DNA of 30,707 nucleotides, taken from the IMG/VR virus record IMGVR_UViG_3300048881_000448, positions 1-30,707 of that record, one strand, 5' to 3'. The notes under the pieces were generated by a model. It was not told the DNA's origin, did no database searches, and saw only the letters and a list, made by a program, of their open reading frames with translations. Made by a program: the position numbers and the translations under genes. The stretch is from a virus. Lineage: Duplodnaviria > Caudoviricetes. Of this stretch, positions 15,228-24,408 are shown piece by piece (position 1 is the stretch's first letter; each line of letters opens with the position of its first letter).

Positions 15228-15707
15228 TTGTTTGATTTAGATGATAAAGCTAAACAAACAGAATTCGCTTCTTTGGTTGGTGCTTCACAACCGGCCATTC
15301 ACAAACATCTCGATAACGGAACCTTAGTTCGTGGCGGTACCTACCGCCAGTGGTTACGTGCTTACTGCGAAAAACTACGCGACGAAGCCAGCGGCAGAAC
15401 CGCAAGCGACCAGCGCTTGAAGTTAGACGAAGCGCGAACACGCGAAGCCTCGGCAAACGCGAGAATAAAAGAGCTCACGCTATTCAAAGAGGAAAAGCTA
15501 ATTCTCGACAAGGCGCAAGTTCGCGAAGCTATCGACGGCTGGATTGCCCTGGCGAAATCTGAGTACACAAACTCGATAGAAAAAATCTTAGCCATGCTGG
15601 AAAGCCAGCATGGTATCACCATAGACAGAGAATCAATTGATGGAACCACAGCTGCTGCCATGCGAGTTATTGCAGACTTCCAGTTCCAATCTACAGACTC
15701 TGATTGA
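15228..15707 (+). CDS. Terminase small subunit (Nu1-like)
   Basis: N-terminal HTH QTEFASLVGASQPAI, AYCE.LRDEASGR, coiled coil; precedes TerL. Confidence 0.88.
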   Translation: MFDLDDKAKQTEFASLVGASQPAIHKHLDNGTLVRGGTYRQWLRAYCEKLRDEASGRTASDQRLKLDEARTREASANARIKELTLFKEEKLILDKAQVREAIDGWIALAKSEYTNSIEKILAMLESQHGITIDRESIDGTTAAAMRVIADFQFQSTDSD

Positions 15708-17706
15708 CGAATGCCGCGCTGGGTGGCTACCACCTGAAAACATTCCAACGCGCCAATGGCTTGAAAAGTACTTTCGATTACCCGCTGAAGATGCAGACTT
15801 TGCTGGTTTGTACAACGCGGATTACGTGCCGTACTTCTGGGGTGTAATGCATGCCCTAGATGATGACTTTGTTGAGATGGTCGGCTTAATGAAAGCCGCT
15901 CAAATCGGCTGGACTCTGCTTGAAACTGGCTGGATAGCAAAGCGTATTTGCTGTGAACCCAGTCGAATTCTTGGGTTGTTTCCTAAAGATGACAAAGCAC
16001 GCGACTTCATTGAAGAGAAGTTTGAACCTGTAATCAGGGCTACGCCTGAACTCGCTAAAAAAGTTGATGTTAGCAGCAGTAGAAAGGCGGGTAACCGAAG
16101 CAATAAAAAGAATTTCCCCGGGGGTTCTCTTAAAGTTTTTGGCTCTAACTCAGTCAGTAACGTTAAGTCGACGCCATCGCCAGTGGTGCTGGTTGAAGAA
16201 CCCGACGACACAAACGGTAACGTTGGTGATCAGGGGGATGCGATACGCTTAGCGCGCGAACGCATTAAACGCTTCCGAAAACGTAAGTTTGTTCTTGGTG
16301 GTACACCTTCCGTTGAGGATTTAAGCGAAGTTGAGCATTACATCAACCTCGGTACGCAGCGACATTTGCCAGTGGCCTGCCACGATTGTGGCGAAAAGCA
16401 CGTTTTAGACTGGGAAAATGTCAGCTGGGTAGAGCAAGATGAAGGCCCTGTTCATCCAGTCTATGGTAGAAACCTACCTGAAACGGCGGTTTATGCTTGC
16501 CCTCACTGCGGTAGTGCGTGGAATGACTGGCAGCGTCAGCAAAATATATTCAATACCTGCAAAACTGCAGAGGAAGAAGGCGATAAGTTCTGTGGTTGGG
16601 TACCAACGGTTAACACCGATGGCGTAATAGAAACCTTCAAGGGGCTGTCTGAGCTTTACGTTTGTATTCCTGGCACCTCGCTTTCAAGTTTGGTTAAGGA
16701 CTTTCTTGAAGCAGAACACGAAGCTGCAGCTGGTGACGAAGCCGGTAGGATAATTTTTCAGAACTCTAAACTGGGTAAGCCTTACGCATACCGCAGTAAA
16801 GATAACCTGAATCACGAGCAGCTGCAGGCGCTTGCTGATGACTACCCAGAATTAACGGTACCAAAAGGTGGCTTAATTGTTACCGCTGGCATCGATGTTC
16901 AGCACGATAGATTAGCTATTATCATTCGGGCGTTCGGTAGAAACGAGGAAAGCTGGTTAGTTCTTTGGAAAGAAATTTCCGGTGACTGTGTTGATAAAGC
17001 TGATCCTGTGTGGGATGAGTTGGACCAATTACTTTTCAACGGGTTCGAGCATGAAACGCTTGGTAGGGTTTACCTTTCAGCGGCCAGTATAGATAGCTCT
17101 GACGGTGGTACCAACCACGCGGTCTATCACTACGTTAGAACGAGAAGTAAGAAACATAGACGCGTTCACCTTATGGCAATCAAAGGTGACAGTAACGACA
17201 ACGGCAAGCGTGAAATATTCCGTTTACCTTCTGCAAAACTCGACCATAACAACGCCAAGCGCTCAACAAAAGCAGACAAGCACGGCGTTCTTGTTTACCT
17301 CGTTGGTACTCACAAGGCTAAAGATCTTCTATCAAAGCGGCTTCAAGGTACCGGAGCTTTCATGCACAGCTACAAAGATGCGCGTGCTGATTACTGGGAG
17401 CAAGTGACAGCTGAGGTTAAGGCGCCAAGTAAAAAGCTTCGCGGCCAAATGACTTGGCAATGCCGGAGCGGTAGAAGAAACGAAGGTACCGACTGCGAAG
17501 TGTATGCGCTTCACGCTGCAATGTCTCAAAAGGTTCACGCTAAAACTAGCGCCCAATGGGATGCACTTGAAAACAGCTTAAGTCAGAAAGACATGTTCAG
17601 CGCTGAATTAGAAAGCGAAGTTGAACAGAAAGCTACCAAGCGAAAACGCCAATCATCTGCCACTCGCCCACGGCGAAAGCGTGGCTTTAGTACTCAGGTT
17701 AGATAA
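15637..17706 (+). CDS. Terminase large subunit (GpA family)
   Basis: KAAQIGWT Walker A, GTP, CHDC/CPHC Zn motifs, AGIDVQ, RNE..DC. Confidence 0.95.
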   Translation: MMEPQLLPCELLQTSSSNLQTLIDECRAGWLPPENIPTRQWLEKYFRLPAEDADFAGLYNADYVPYFWGVMHALDDDFVEMVGLMKAAQIGWTLLETGWIAKRICCEPSRILGLFPKDDKARDFIEEKFEPVIRATPELAKKVDVSSSRKAGNRSNKKNFPGGSLKVFGSNSVSNVKSTPSPVVLVEEPDDTNGNVGDQGDAIRLARERIKRFRKRKFVLGGTPSVEDLSEVEHYINLGTQRHLPVACHDCGEKHVLDWENVSWVEQDEGPVHPVYGRNLPETAVYACPHCGSAWNDWQRQQNIFNTCKTAEEEGDKFCGWVPTVNTDGVIETFKGLSELYVCIPGTSLSSLVKDFLEAEHEAAAGDEAGRIIFQNSKLGKPYAYRSKDNLNHEQLQALADDYPELTVPKGGLIVTAGIDVQHDRLAIIIRAFGRNEESWLVLWKEISGDCVDKADPVWDELDQLLFNGFEHETLGRVYLSAASIDSSDGGTNHAVYHYVRTRSKKHRRVHLMAIKGDSNDNGKREIFRLPSAKLDHNNAKRSTKADKHGVLVYLVGTHKAKDLLSKRLQGTGAFMHSYKDARADYWEQVTAEVKAPSKKLRGQMTWQCRSGRRNEGTDCEVYALHAAMSQKVHAKTSAQWDALENSLSQKDMFSAELESEVEQKATKRKRQSSATRPRRKRGFSTQVR

Positions 17707-18218
17707 TGAATGAACCAAAACGTTTAATCAAAGGTGACTACGCCAAGTGGTCACGCAAAGTGGCGAACGCATCACACACTTATCAGTACATTCTGGTTGG
17801 CCCCGAAAGCAAATTTACCATCGACACGACTGTGGTTGATGGGGCGCTTCATGTTGACCTTGGTTCTGAAGAAACGAAAGGGTACCAGTCTGGTGAGTAT
17901 CGCTGGCATTTGTTTAGTGATGATGGCACTGGCCGCAGAACAGTCGACCATGGCTACATCATTATCGACGCTAACCCTCATGATTTAGAGTATTGCGACA
18001 CAACCAGCCATGCAGAACGTGTTTTAAAGGCGATAGAAAAGCGCATTGAAGGCCGCATTCTTTCTGATCACGAAAACTATACCGTTGATGGCCGTAGTTT
18101 AACTCGCATACCTATTGAGCAGCTTGAAAAGTTAAAGCGCAAATATAGCTGGCGCGTTCGCAGTGTTAGGCAGAAGAAAGGCCTAACTAAACCCCCACGT
18201 CGAGCTTACTACAGGTAG
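17706..18218 (+). CDS. Head completion protein (gpW-like C-terminus)
   Basis: NYTVDGRSLTRIPIEQLEKLKR pattern; between TerL and portal. Confidence 0.7.
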   Translation: MNEPKRLIKGDYAKWSRKVANASHTYQYILVGPESKFTIDTTVVDGALHVDLGSEETKGYQSGEYRWHLFSDDGTGRRTVDHGYIIIDANPHDLEYCDTTSHAERVLKAIEKRIEGRILSDHENYTVDGRSLTRIPIEQLEKLKRKYSWRVRSVRQKKGLTKPPRRAYYR

Positions 18219-18221
18219 TGT

Positions 18222-19781
18222 ATGTTTAATCTCTTTAAAAAGTCGAAAGGCGAAACCGAGCGAGTTGAACCAGTTCTTGGGAAAGGCGCTGGTTCTAGCC
18301 GTGATCGTCAGCGTCATAAATTGCATGCACAGGAACGCTTTGCTGCAGCAAAAAGTCCACGTATCAGTTCAAATAATTTCTTTGGTTCTGGTCTTAGCAT
18401 TGATGAAACGTTAAGACGCGATTTATCAAGAATTAAGGCTGCTAGTCGCAAAGCTGGTGAAGACGTTGGCTATATGAAGCGCTTCTTTTCCATGGTGCAG
18501 ACTCACGTTGTTGGTGATAAGGGGCCGCGCTTACACGCTGAAGTTCGCGGAAACGATGGAAATTTAGACCGCGTAGCTAATCAATCTATTGAAAAAGCGT
18601 TCGCTAAGTGGTGCAAAATTGGCGTGTGTGAAATCAGTGGGCGCATGGACTTCATTGGGGCCATGCAGCTCATTGCAAAAACCGTATGCCAAGACGGTGA
18701 CATTATCATTCGTCACATTCACGGCGCGCCCAATAAGTTTGGGTATGCCATTCAGTTGATTGAAGCTGACCTGTTAGACGCGACTTTAAACAAAGATTTA
18801 GGGAACGGCGTTCGCATTAAGATGGGCGTTGAAATAGATAAGTGGGGCAGACATGTTGCTTATCACTTGTTGACTAACCACCCTGGTGAACATACGTGGC
18901 GCCATGATAATACTGGGAAGCGCTACGTTCGTATTCCTGCAGATGAAATCATTCTTCCTTTTCCAATGTTCCGCCCTGGTCAAACACGCGGTGTTCCATG
19001 GGCTCACGCATCACTCTTAGATTTTCACGATATCGGTGGTTATCGCGAATCAGCGCTAGTGGGTAGCAGGGTTGCAGCCAGCAACATGGTTATTTACGAA
19101 CGCGACCCAGAGCAAGAAGCCCCTGAGGAAGAGGACGAAGGTGATTTCATTTTCGAACTTGAACCAGGCGGTGCAGCAATTACCCCAGAGGGTTACCGCG
19201 CAAAAGAAACAAACTTTCAACATCACGGCGATTCAGTTGAAGGATTTCAAAAGGCATCGCTTAAAGGCGCGTTTGCTGGCGTAGATGTGAACTACAACAC
19301 AGGCGCGAACGACTATGAAGGTGTTTCATGGTCAAGCCTTCGCCAAGCAGTACTCGAAGATAGAGAGCACTGGAAACGTCTTCAAGGTTGGTTAATAAGC
19401 CAAGTGGTTGGCGCGATATACCAACGCTGGCTTAAACATGCGCTTTTGAATGGCGCTATAGACAACTTAAGAGGCTACGACCTAGAACGCAGCGTTGATG
19501 CATTTTCTTTCAAAGGACGCAGATGGCAATGGGTTGACCCATTAAAGGATGAACAGGCCATCGGCGCTGCAATGGATAACTTCACCGTTAACCCGATGGA
19601 CGTTCTGAATGAAAAAGGTGTTGATGTCGACGAAATGGCAGAAGGCTGGCAGCAATATCTTCAGATTTTAGGTCCAGCGATGGAGCTGGCTAAAGGTTTT
19701 GGTATAGGCAAAGGGGCAAAAGTTGCAGCTGCAGCCAATAAGAACGCCCCTAAAAACGATGAAGAAGAGGGCGAACAGTGA
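18222..19781 (+). CDS. Portal protein, lambda family
   Basis: RPGQTRGVPW, VSWSSLRQ, WVDPLKD motifs. Confidence 0.95.
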   Translation: MFNLFKKSKGETERVEPVLGKGAGSSRDRQRHKLHAQERFAAAKSPRISSNNFFGSGLSIDETLRRDLSRIKAASRKAGEDVGYMKRFFSMVQTHVVGDKGPRLHAEVRGNDGNLDRVANQSIEKAFAKWCKIGVCEISGRMDFIGAMQLIAKTVCQDGDIIIRHIHGAPNKFGYAIQLIEADLLDATLNKDLGNGVRIKMGVEIDKWGRHVAYHLLTNHPGEHTWRHDNTGKRYVRIPADEIILPFPMFRPGQTRGVPWAHASLLDFHDIGGYRESALVGSRVAASNMVIYERDPEQEAPEEEDEGDFIFELEPGGAAITPEGYRAKETNFQHHGDSVEGFQKASLKGAFAGVDVNYNTGANDYEGVSWSSLRQAVLEDREHWKRLQGWLISQVVGAIYQRWLKHALLNGAIDNLRGYDLERSVDAFSFKGRRWQWVDPLKDEQAIGAAMDNFTVNPMDVLNEKGVDVDEMAEGWQQYLQILGPAMELAKGFGIGKGAKVAAAANKNAPKNDEEEGEQ

Positions 19782-21667
19782 ACGTAAATAAAGTTACTGC
19801 AGCCATGTTGCGTAAAGGGCAATGCCCTGTCATGCAGCGTGACATGGAAGCGCAAATTGAAAAGGTAGACGAAGAAAGCCGTATCGTCACCCTTAGCTTT
19901 TCCAGTGAATATGAAGTTGAGCGCTGGGGATGGGTAGAAACCCTTGGTCATGATGAAGGTGAATGTGACCTAGCAAGAATTAACAATAAAGGCCCGTTCC
20001 TTAGTGATCACAACTGGAACGACCAACGCGGCGTAATTCAAAAAGCTTGGATTGAGAAAGGGCGCGGCTACGCTGAAATAAAGTTGAGCCGTAACCCGCT
20101 AGGCCAGCAGCTTCTTATCGATATGCAAGATGAGATTCGTGTGAATGTATCTGTTGGCTACCGTATCCACGCCGCGAAATTAACCCGCGAAGAAAACGAT
20201 TTAGATTACTACCGCGTTACCCACTGGGAACCGCTTGAAATATCTTCTGTATCAGTACCGGCAGACCCTACCGTAGGTGTTGGTCGCAACGCTGAAACAA
20301 ACGACAACCCCGTAAAAATAACCACCACTGAGGTACGTAAAATGGATGATACCAAAATCCAAGACAACAACGCCCCGGATGAAACGGCCGAACGTTCGGA
20401 ATCACCGGAAACGACTAACCAAACTAAGCGTGAATTCGCAGAGCCACGTAAAGTTAAAACTTCACCTGAAGCAAGCGATGCTCAACGTATTGCTGAAACT
20501 GCACGCCAGTACGGTGCCACTGATTTAGGCAATAACTTTATTGCTAAAGGCCGCAGCTACGAAGAGTTTAACAGCGCGCTTATTCGTGAGCTTCACGGCA
20601 AGCGAAAAGATCCTGAAGCCGAGTCAACAATGATTAATTTGGATATCGGTGAAAACGAGCTTCGCAAGTACAGCGTTATTAATGCGCTTCGCGCGGTTGC
20701 TACGGGTAACTTTAAGAAAGCTGGCCTTGAACGTGAAGTGTCAGAAGCTATCGCTAAACGTGTTGGCCGTGATGCTGACGGTATTTATCTTAGCTATGAG
20801 GCCATGGGCTACGGTTTGCGCCAAATGCAACTTGCACGTATGCAATCAGCTGGCACTGCGGGTAAAGGTGCTGAGCTTGTAGCTACCGAACTTCATGCTG
20901 AAATGTACATTGAAGCACTTCGCGCACAAGCAGTGGTGGGTCAATTAGGTGCGCGCATGGTGTCTGGCCTTGTGGGTGATGTTGATATTCCTAAACAGAA
21001 TGGTTCGGCAACCTTCTACTGGGTAGAGGAAGACGGTGCAGCTACAGACAGTGACCTGTCTTTCACCACTGTACAGCTACGACCTAAAACGCTAGCTACT
21101 GCAGTTCCTATCACTCGCCGTATCATGAACCAGTCTACGCCAGATATTGAAGCGCTGGTTATGGCTGACATCATGCGTGGTCAAAGCTTAGGGTTAGACC
21201 AGGGCGCGCTTTACGGTTCGGGCATTGGCAATGAACCTACAGGTATCGCTAATACCAGCGGTATCGGTGCAATTGCGTTCGCTACACCAAATAGTCCTAC
21301 ATGGGCTGAAACTGTTGCATTTGAAACTGACGTGGCAGAAGCCAACGCAGATGCTAACACCATGGCTTATCTAATGCGCCCGTCTTTACGCGGCAAGCTT
21401 AAAACGACTGAGAAAGCTTCAGGCACAGGCCAGTTTATTTGGCAGAATGGCCGTGTTAACGACTACAACGCTGCAGTAACAACACAAATGAACGCTGGCC
21501 AGATGTTGTTTGGTGACTTCTCGCAAGCGCTAATTGGCTTGTGGGGTGCGCTTGACGTGGTACCTGATCGCGCTACCAAAGTTGCTAGCGGTGGTCTTGT
21601 TATGCGTTTGTTCCAAGACGCAGACGTTGCGGTTCGTCACCCTCAAGCTTTCTGCTTGGGTGAGTAA
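19778..21667 (+). CDS. Fused prohead protease-major capsid protein (HK97 fold)
   Basis: Protease motifs FLSDHN, NVSVGY, EISSVSVPAD; capsid motifs GSG..NEP.GI, FGDFS, DVAVRHP.AF. Confidence 0.93.
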   Translation: MNVNKVTAAMLRKGQCPVMQRDMEAQIEKVDEESRIVTLSFSSEYEVERWGWVETLGHDEGECDLARINNKGPFLSDHNWNDQRGVIQKAWIEKGRGYAEIKLSRNPLGQQLLIDMQDEIRVNVSVGYRIHAAKLTREENDLDYYRVTHWEPLEISSVSVPADPTVGVGRNAETNDNPVKITTTEVRKMDDTKIQDNNAPDETAERSESPETTNQTKREFAEPRKVKTSPEASDAQRIAETARQYGATDLGNNFIAKGRSYEEFNSALIRELHGKRKDPEAESTMINLDIGENELRKYSVINALRAVATGNFKKAGLEREVSEAIAKRVGRDADGIYLSYEAMGYGLRQMQLARMQSAGTAGKGAELVATELHAEMYIEALRAQAVVGQLGARMVSGLVGDVDIPKQNGSATFYWVEEDGAATDSDLSFTTVQLRPKTLATAVPITRRIMNQSTPDIEALVMADIMRGQSLGLDQGALYGSGIGNEPTGIANTSGIGAIAFATPNSPTWAETVAFETDVAEANADANTMAYLMRPSLRGKLKTTEKASGTGQFIWQNGRVNDYNAAVTTQMNAGQMLFGDFSQALIGLWGALDVVPDRATKVASGGLVMRLFQDADVAVRHPQAFCLGE

Positions 21668-21688
21668 TCCACATAATTTTTAACTAGC

Positions 21689-21713
21689 AAAGCACCTTCG
21701 GGTGCTTTTTTTT
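21689..21713 (+). terminator. Intrinsic terminator after capsid
   Basis: AAAGCACC-TTCG-GGTGCTTT plus T-tract. Confidence 0.88.
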
Positions 21714-21726
21714 AAGGTAAAAGAAA

Positions 21727-21975
21727 ATGGCTAGAGATAGTAAAAAAGTAAGCTTTGAGCCTACACGCGGTGTGCGCCTTATGGGTAAAAGCTACTTTCC
21801 TAAGGCAAAGGGTAAAACAATCATCTCGATTGATGCTTCGATGGCAAAGGAACTGCAGGCAGCGTCGAAAGGTAAAATTGTCGACGCAAAAGCTAACACT
21901 GAAATCGAAGTACCAAAAATCGATGACGGTTTAGACGCGGCGTTTGGTCCAGAGAACGATGGTGAAAGCGAATAG
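21727..21975 (+). CDS. Hypothetical head-associated protein
   Basis: AAGGT RBS; position after capsid. Confidence 0.65.
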   Translation: MARDSKKVSFEPTRGVRLMGKSYFPKAKGKTIISIDASMAKELQAASKGKIVDAKANTEIEVPKIDDGLDAAFGPENDGESE

Positions 21976-21977
21976 CT

Positions 21978-22259
21978 ATGAGCTTTCAAGATGATCTTGC
22001 CGCAGATATGGAGTCAGTTTTTTTTGCTGACTTTAAACATGTGGCGGTTATCTCTGGTGTAGAGGTTAACGGATACCTGTACACCAGAGCGCATGAGTTC
22101 GGTGAACTGGACACTAATCAGGTTCAGTTCGACACACCGAAAACATCGCTACCAGCCATAAAGCGCAGGGAACCTATCACGGTAAATGGCGTTAAATATC
22201 TTTTCGTGACAAAGCAAGAGTCCGGCGAAGTTACCAGCTTGATCCTTGAGCGTGTTTAG
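21978..22259 (+). CDS. Head-tail joining protein (gpFII-like)
   Basis: Size, position and beta-rich sequence. Confidence 0.7.
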   Translation: MSFQDDLAADMESVFFADFKHVAVISGVEVNGYLYTRAHEFGELDTNQVQFDTPKTSLPAIKRREPITVNGVKYLFVTKQESGEVTSLILERV

Positions 22260-22261
22260 TA

Positions 22262-22813
22262 ATGTCAAAAATTGTATCGGTTAACTCAAAACAAGCCTTA
22301 GCTGAAATGAAGCGGATGAGTCGTGCGCTAGATACTCATAGAAAAGGTGAGGTTAACCGTGCAATGGCGGCAACCATCAACGATAGCCTCAAAAAGTCAC
22401 GGACGAAAATAGTTCGCCGTGCTTCTAAGGCCATGCAAGTTAAGCAAGCACCTATAAGACAACGTGTGAAAATCACACGTGCTAAAGCGACTAGTCTTCA
22501 CGGAAAAGTGTGGGCTGGTACCAATAGGCTGTCTGCAAGAACGGCAGGCGCTAAGCCGCGAGGTGATGGTCATGCGGTTGGTCCTTACGAGTGGCCAAAC
22601 ACATTCACCAATAAAGGCTTACGCAATATTTATATTCGAAAAGGTCAGGGAAGAGGAAACATTGAAGTCGCTGGTTTTGGTGCAAAGTTCACAGAGCAAA
22701 CGCTTAAGAACGCTGTAAACCAAGAGACAGAAGCTTCGCTTGCTAAAGATTTTCCTTTAGAGCTATTTCGTCAGTTGACCTGGCGATTAGATAAAGCGCT
22801 AGGAATTAAGTAA
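22262..22813 (+). CDS. Minor tail protein Z-like
   Basis: Basic protein, RAMAATIN pattern, position. Confidence 0.75.
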   Translation: MSKIVSVNSKQALAEMKRMSRALDTHRKGEVNRAMAATINDSLKKSRTKIVRRASKAMQVKQAPIRQRVKITRAKATSLHGKVWAGTNRLSARTAGAKPRGDGHAVGPYEWPNTFTNKGLRNIYIRKGQGRGNIEVAGFGAKFTEQTLKNAVNQETEASLAKDFPLELFRQLTWRLDKALGIK

Positions 22814-23211
22814 TGGCCACACGTTCGCAGATACGAGAAGTAATCCGCGCGATAGCGGAGCCTGCTGGCTTCTCGACTACTTTTAATTACTCTCCAGCGC
22901 AGATATTCGAAGACGAACTACCTGCGTTAAAGGTGTTCTTTAATTCTGGTGAAACTGAATATGACTTCGATGATACCGGAATTACAGAGGCACAAGTCAT
23001 TGTTGAAATCATGCTTCGTGATCCGGGCAATATTGATGATGCATTAGACCAAAAAGCCACTGCAGTGCAGCAGCTGCTGCGCGAAAACCCCCAGTTAGAC
23101 GGCCTGATTGAAGGCATGAATAGAACCAACTTTGCATACGACCGTGACAGTGAAACGACTATCGGTGAATTGCAGCTTACTTACACAATACAATACCTAG
23201 ACGAGGATTAA
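22813..23211 (+). CDS. Tail terminator (gpU-like)
   Basis: Acidic; ELPA..V, DDALD, YDRD.E pattern. Confidence 0.78.
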   Translation: MATRSQIREVIRAIAEPAGFSTTFNYSPAQIFEDELPALKVFFNSGETEYDFDDTGITEAQVIVEIMLRDPGNIDDALDQKATAVQQLLRENPQLDGLIEGMNRTNFAYDRDSETTIGELQLTYTIQYLDED

Positions 23212-23213
23212 TC

Positions 23214-23633
23214 ATGAAGGGTAAATTAGTCTCATTGCACTTATCGCCGGATGCTGGCACTTCTTACGGTGATTCAATAGCAAATATTATGACCATGGAG
23301 CCTGGTGAAATGACCAGTGAAGTGGTTGATGCAACCCAGTATGGTACCGAACATGACTGGAGAGAGTCAGATTACGGTTTACGTGATGGCGGTGAATGGA
23401 ATATCACTGTTCGTTATCGCGAAACGCAGACTGATATTGAAAGTATTATTGATGCTTTCCATAACGGTACGAAAAACCACTTGCAGGTGCAATTTCCAGC
23501 GCCAATTTCTAAAGCAGTTTCATTCCGTTGCTTAACTACAAAAGTTGGTTATGCAATTCCTAAAGAGGGTCAAATAGACAGAAACTTAACGCTAAAAGTC
23601 GACGGCCCTATTCAAGAAGAAGATCTAGTTTAA
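23214..23633 (+). CDS. Major tail tube protein
   Basis: VDAT, GLRDGGE, LKVDGP motifs. Confidence 0.82.
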   Translation: MKGKLVSLHLSPDAGTSYGDSIANIMTMEPGEMTSEVVDATQYGTEHDWRESDYGLRDGGEWNITVRYRETQTDIESIIDAFHNGTKNHLQVQFPAPISKAVSFRCLTTKVGYAIPKEGQIDRNLTLKVDGPIQEEDLV

Positions 23634-24100
23634 TGCTTGGCTTCTTTAAGCGTTTTATCGCTGAGCGTAAGATGCCGAAGGATAAAACCTTCGTGCATCG
23701 CGCGCAAAGTGCAGCAGTTAAATTGGGGCGTTGGCTTATCGTTGAGCTTTCTGCAGCAGATGCTGTAGTGATCATGGACCAACTCAATCTTATTCAGCGT
23801 TCCCATGCTGACTTAGAAGAGAAAGGGCGTAATGTAATGGCGCTAAGATACCAGGCTATTGCAATGTCGTTACGTACAAAGTCTGGGCGCATACCTTTAA
23901 AGTGGGATAGTGAAACTGACCTTTTGTTTCTTGCATCATTCCCACAGTCGAAAATTTCCTTAGTGCTTGCAGAAATTGCCAGTGTTTCTGATATGCCTTG
24001 GATAGACCCTCTTTATCAGCCTCCAAAAAGTGAAAATGACTCTCAATCAGAAGAGCCCGAACCACTAAGTGACGAGGATTTAGCAAGAAACCCCTCGTAG
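23633..24100 (+). CDS. Tail assembly chaperone (gpG-like)
   Basis: Between tube and tape measure; ends at the slippery site. Confidence 0.78.
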   Translation: MLGFFKRFIAERKMPKDKTFVHRAQSAAVKLGRWLIVELSAADAVVIMDQLNLIQRSHADLEEKGRNVMALRYQAIAMSLRTKSGRIPLKWDSETDLLFLASFPQSKISLVLAEIASVSDMPWIDPLYQPPKSENDSQSEEPEPLSDEDLARNPS

Positions 24101-24408
24101 GCCAGCCCTATCGAACAGCCACACTTAGGCTGGCCTTAAAGCTAGGCTGCGAAGATGCAGACTCCCTCCTAGATAGACTCAGTGCGTCAAAGCTTCTCGA
24201 ATGGTTGCGATTCGGTGAAATCGAGCCCTACGGCGGCAAAATTGACCAGTTCCAAGTGGCTGGTTTACGTGCTCAAGTGGCAAATTACTTAAGCAAAAAG
24301 GGTGATAAACCCTTCGAATCTAGCGATTTTATCGTTGGATATCGCCCCAAAATGCAAATCAAACCTATGTCTGTAGAAGAGCTTTATAAGCGCTTTACGA
24401 GAAGATAA
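24088..24408 (+). CDS. gpT-like extension reached by -1 frameshift (gpGT)
   Basis: A-AAC-CCC at 24088-24094; the -1 frame is open and reads PLVGQPYRTATLRLALKLG...LLEWLRFGEIEPYG. Confidence 0.8.
   Translation, partial: KPLVGQPYRTATLRLALKLGCEDADSLLDRLSASKLLEWLRFGEIEPYGGKIDQFQVAGLRAQVANYLSKKGDKPFESSDFIVGYRPKMQIKPMSVEELYKRFTRR

Noticed and set aside
15362-15940. 192-aa antisense ORF and the many other short antisense or alternate-frame ORFs in the track
   Set aside because: They are shadows of well-supported genes, with no independent signals
24205-24408. Independent 67-aa gene starting at TTG
   Set aside because: It is better explained as the distal part of the frameshifted gpGT frame
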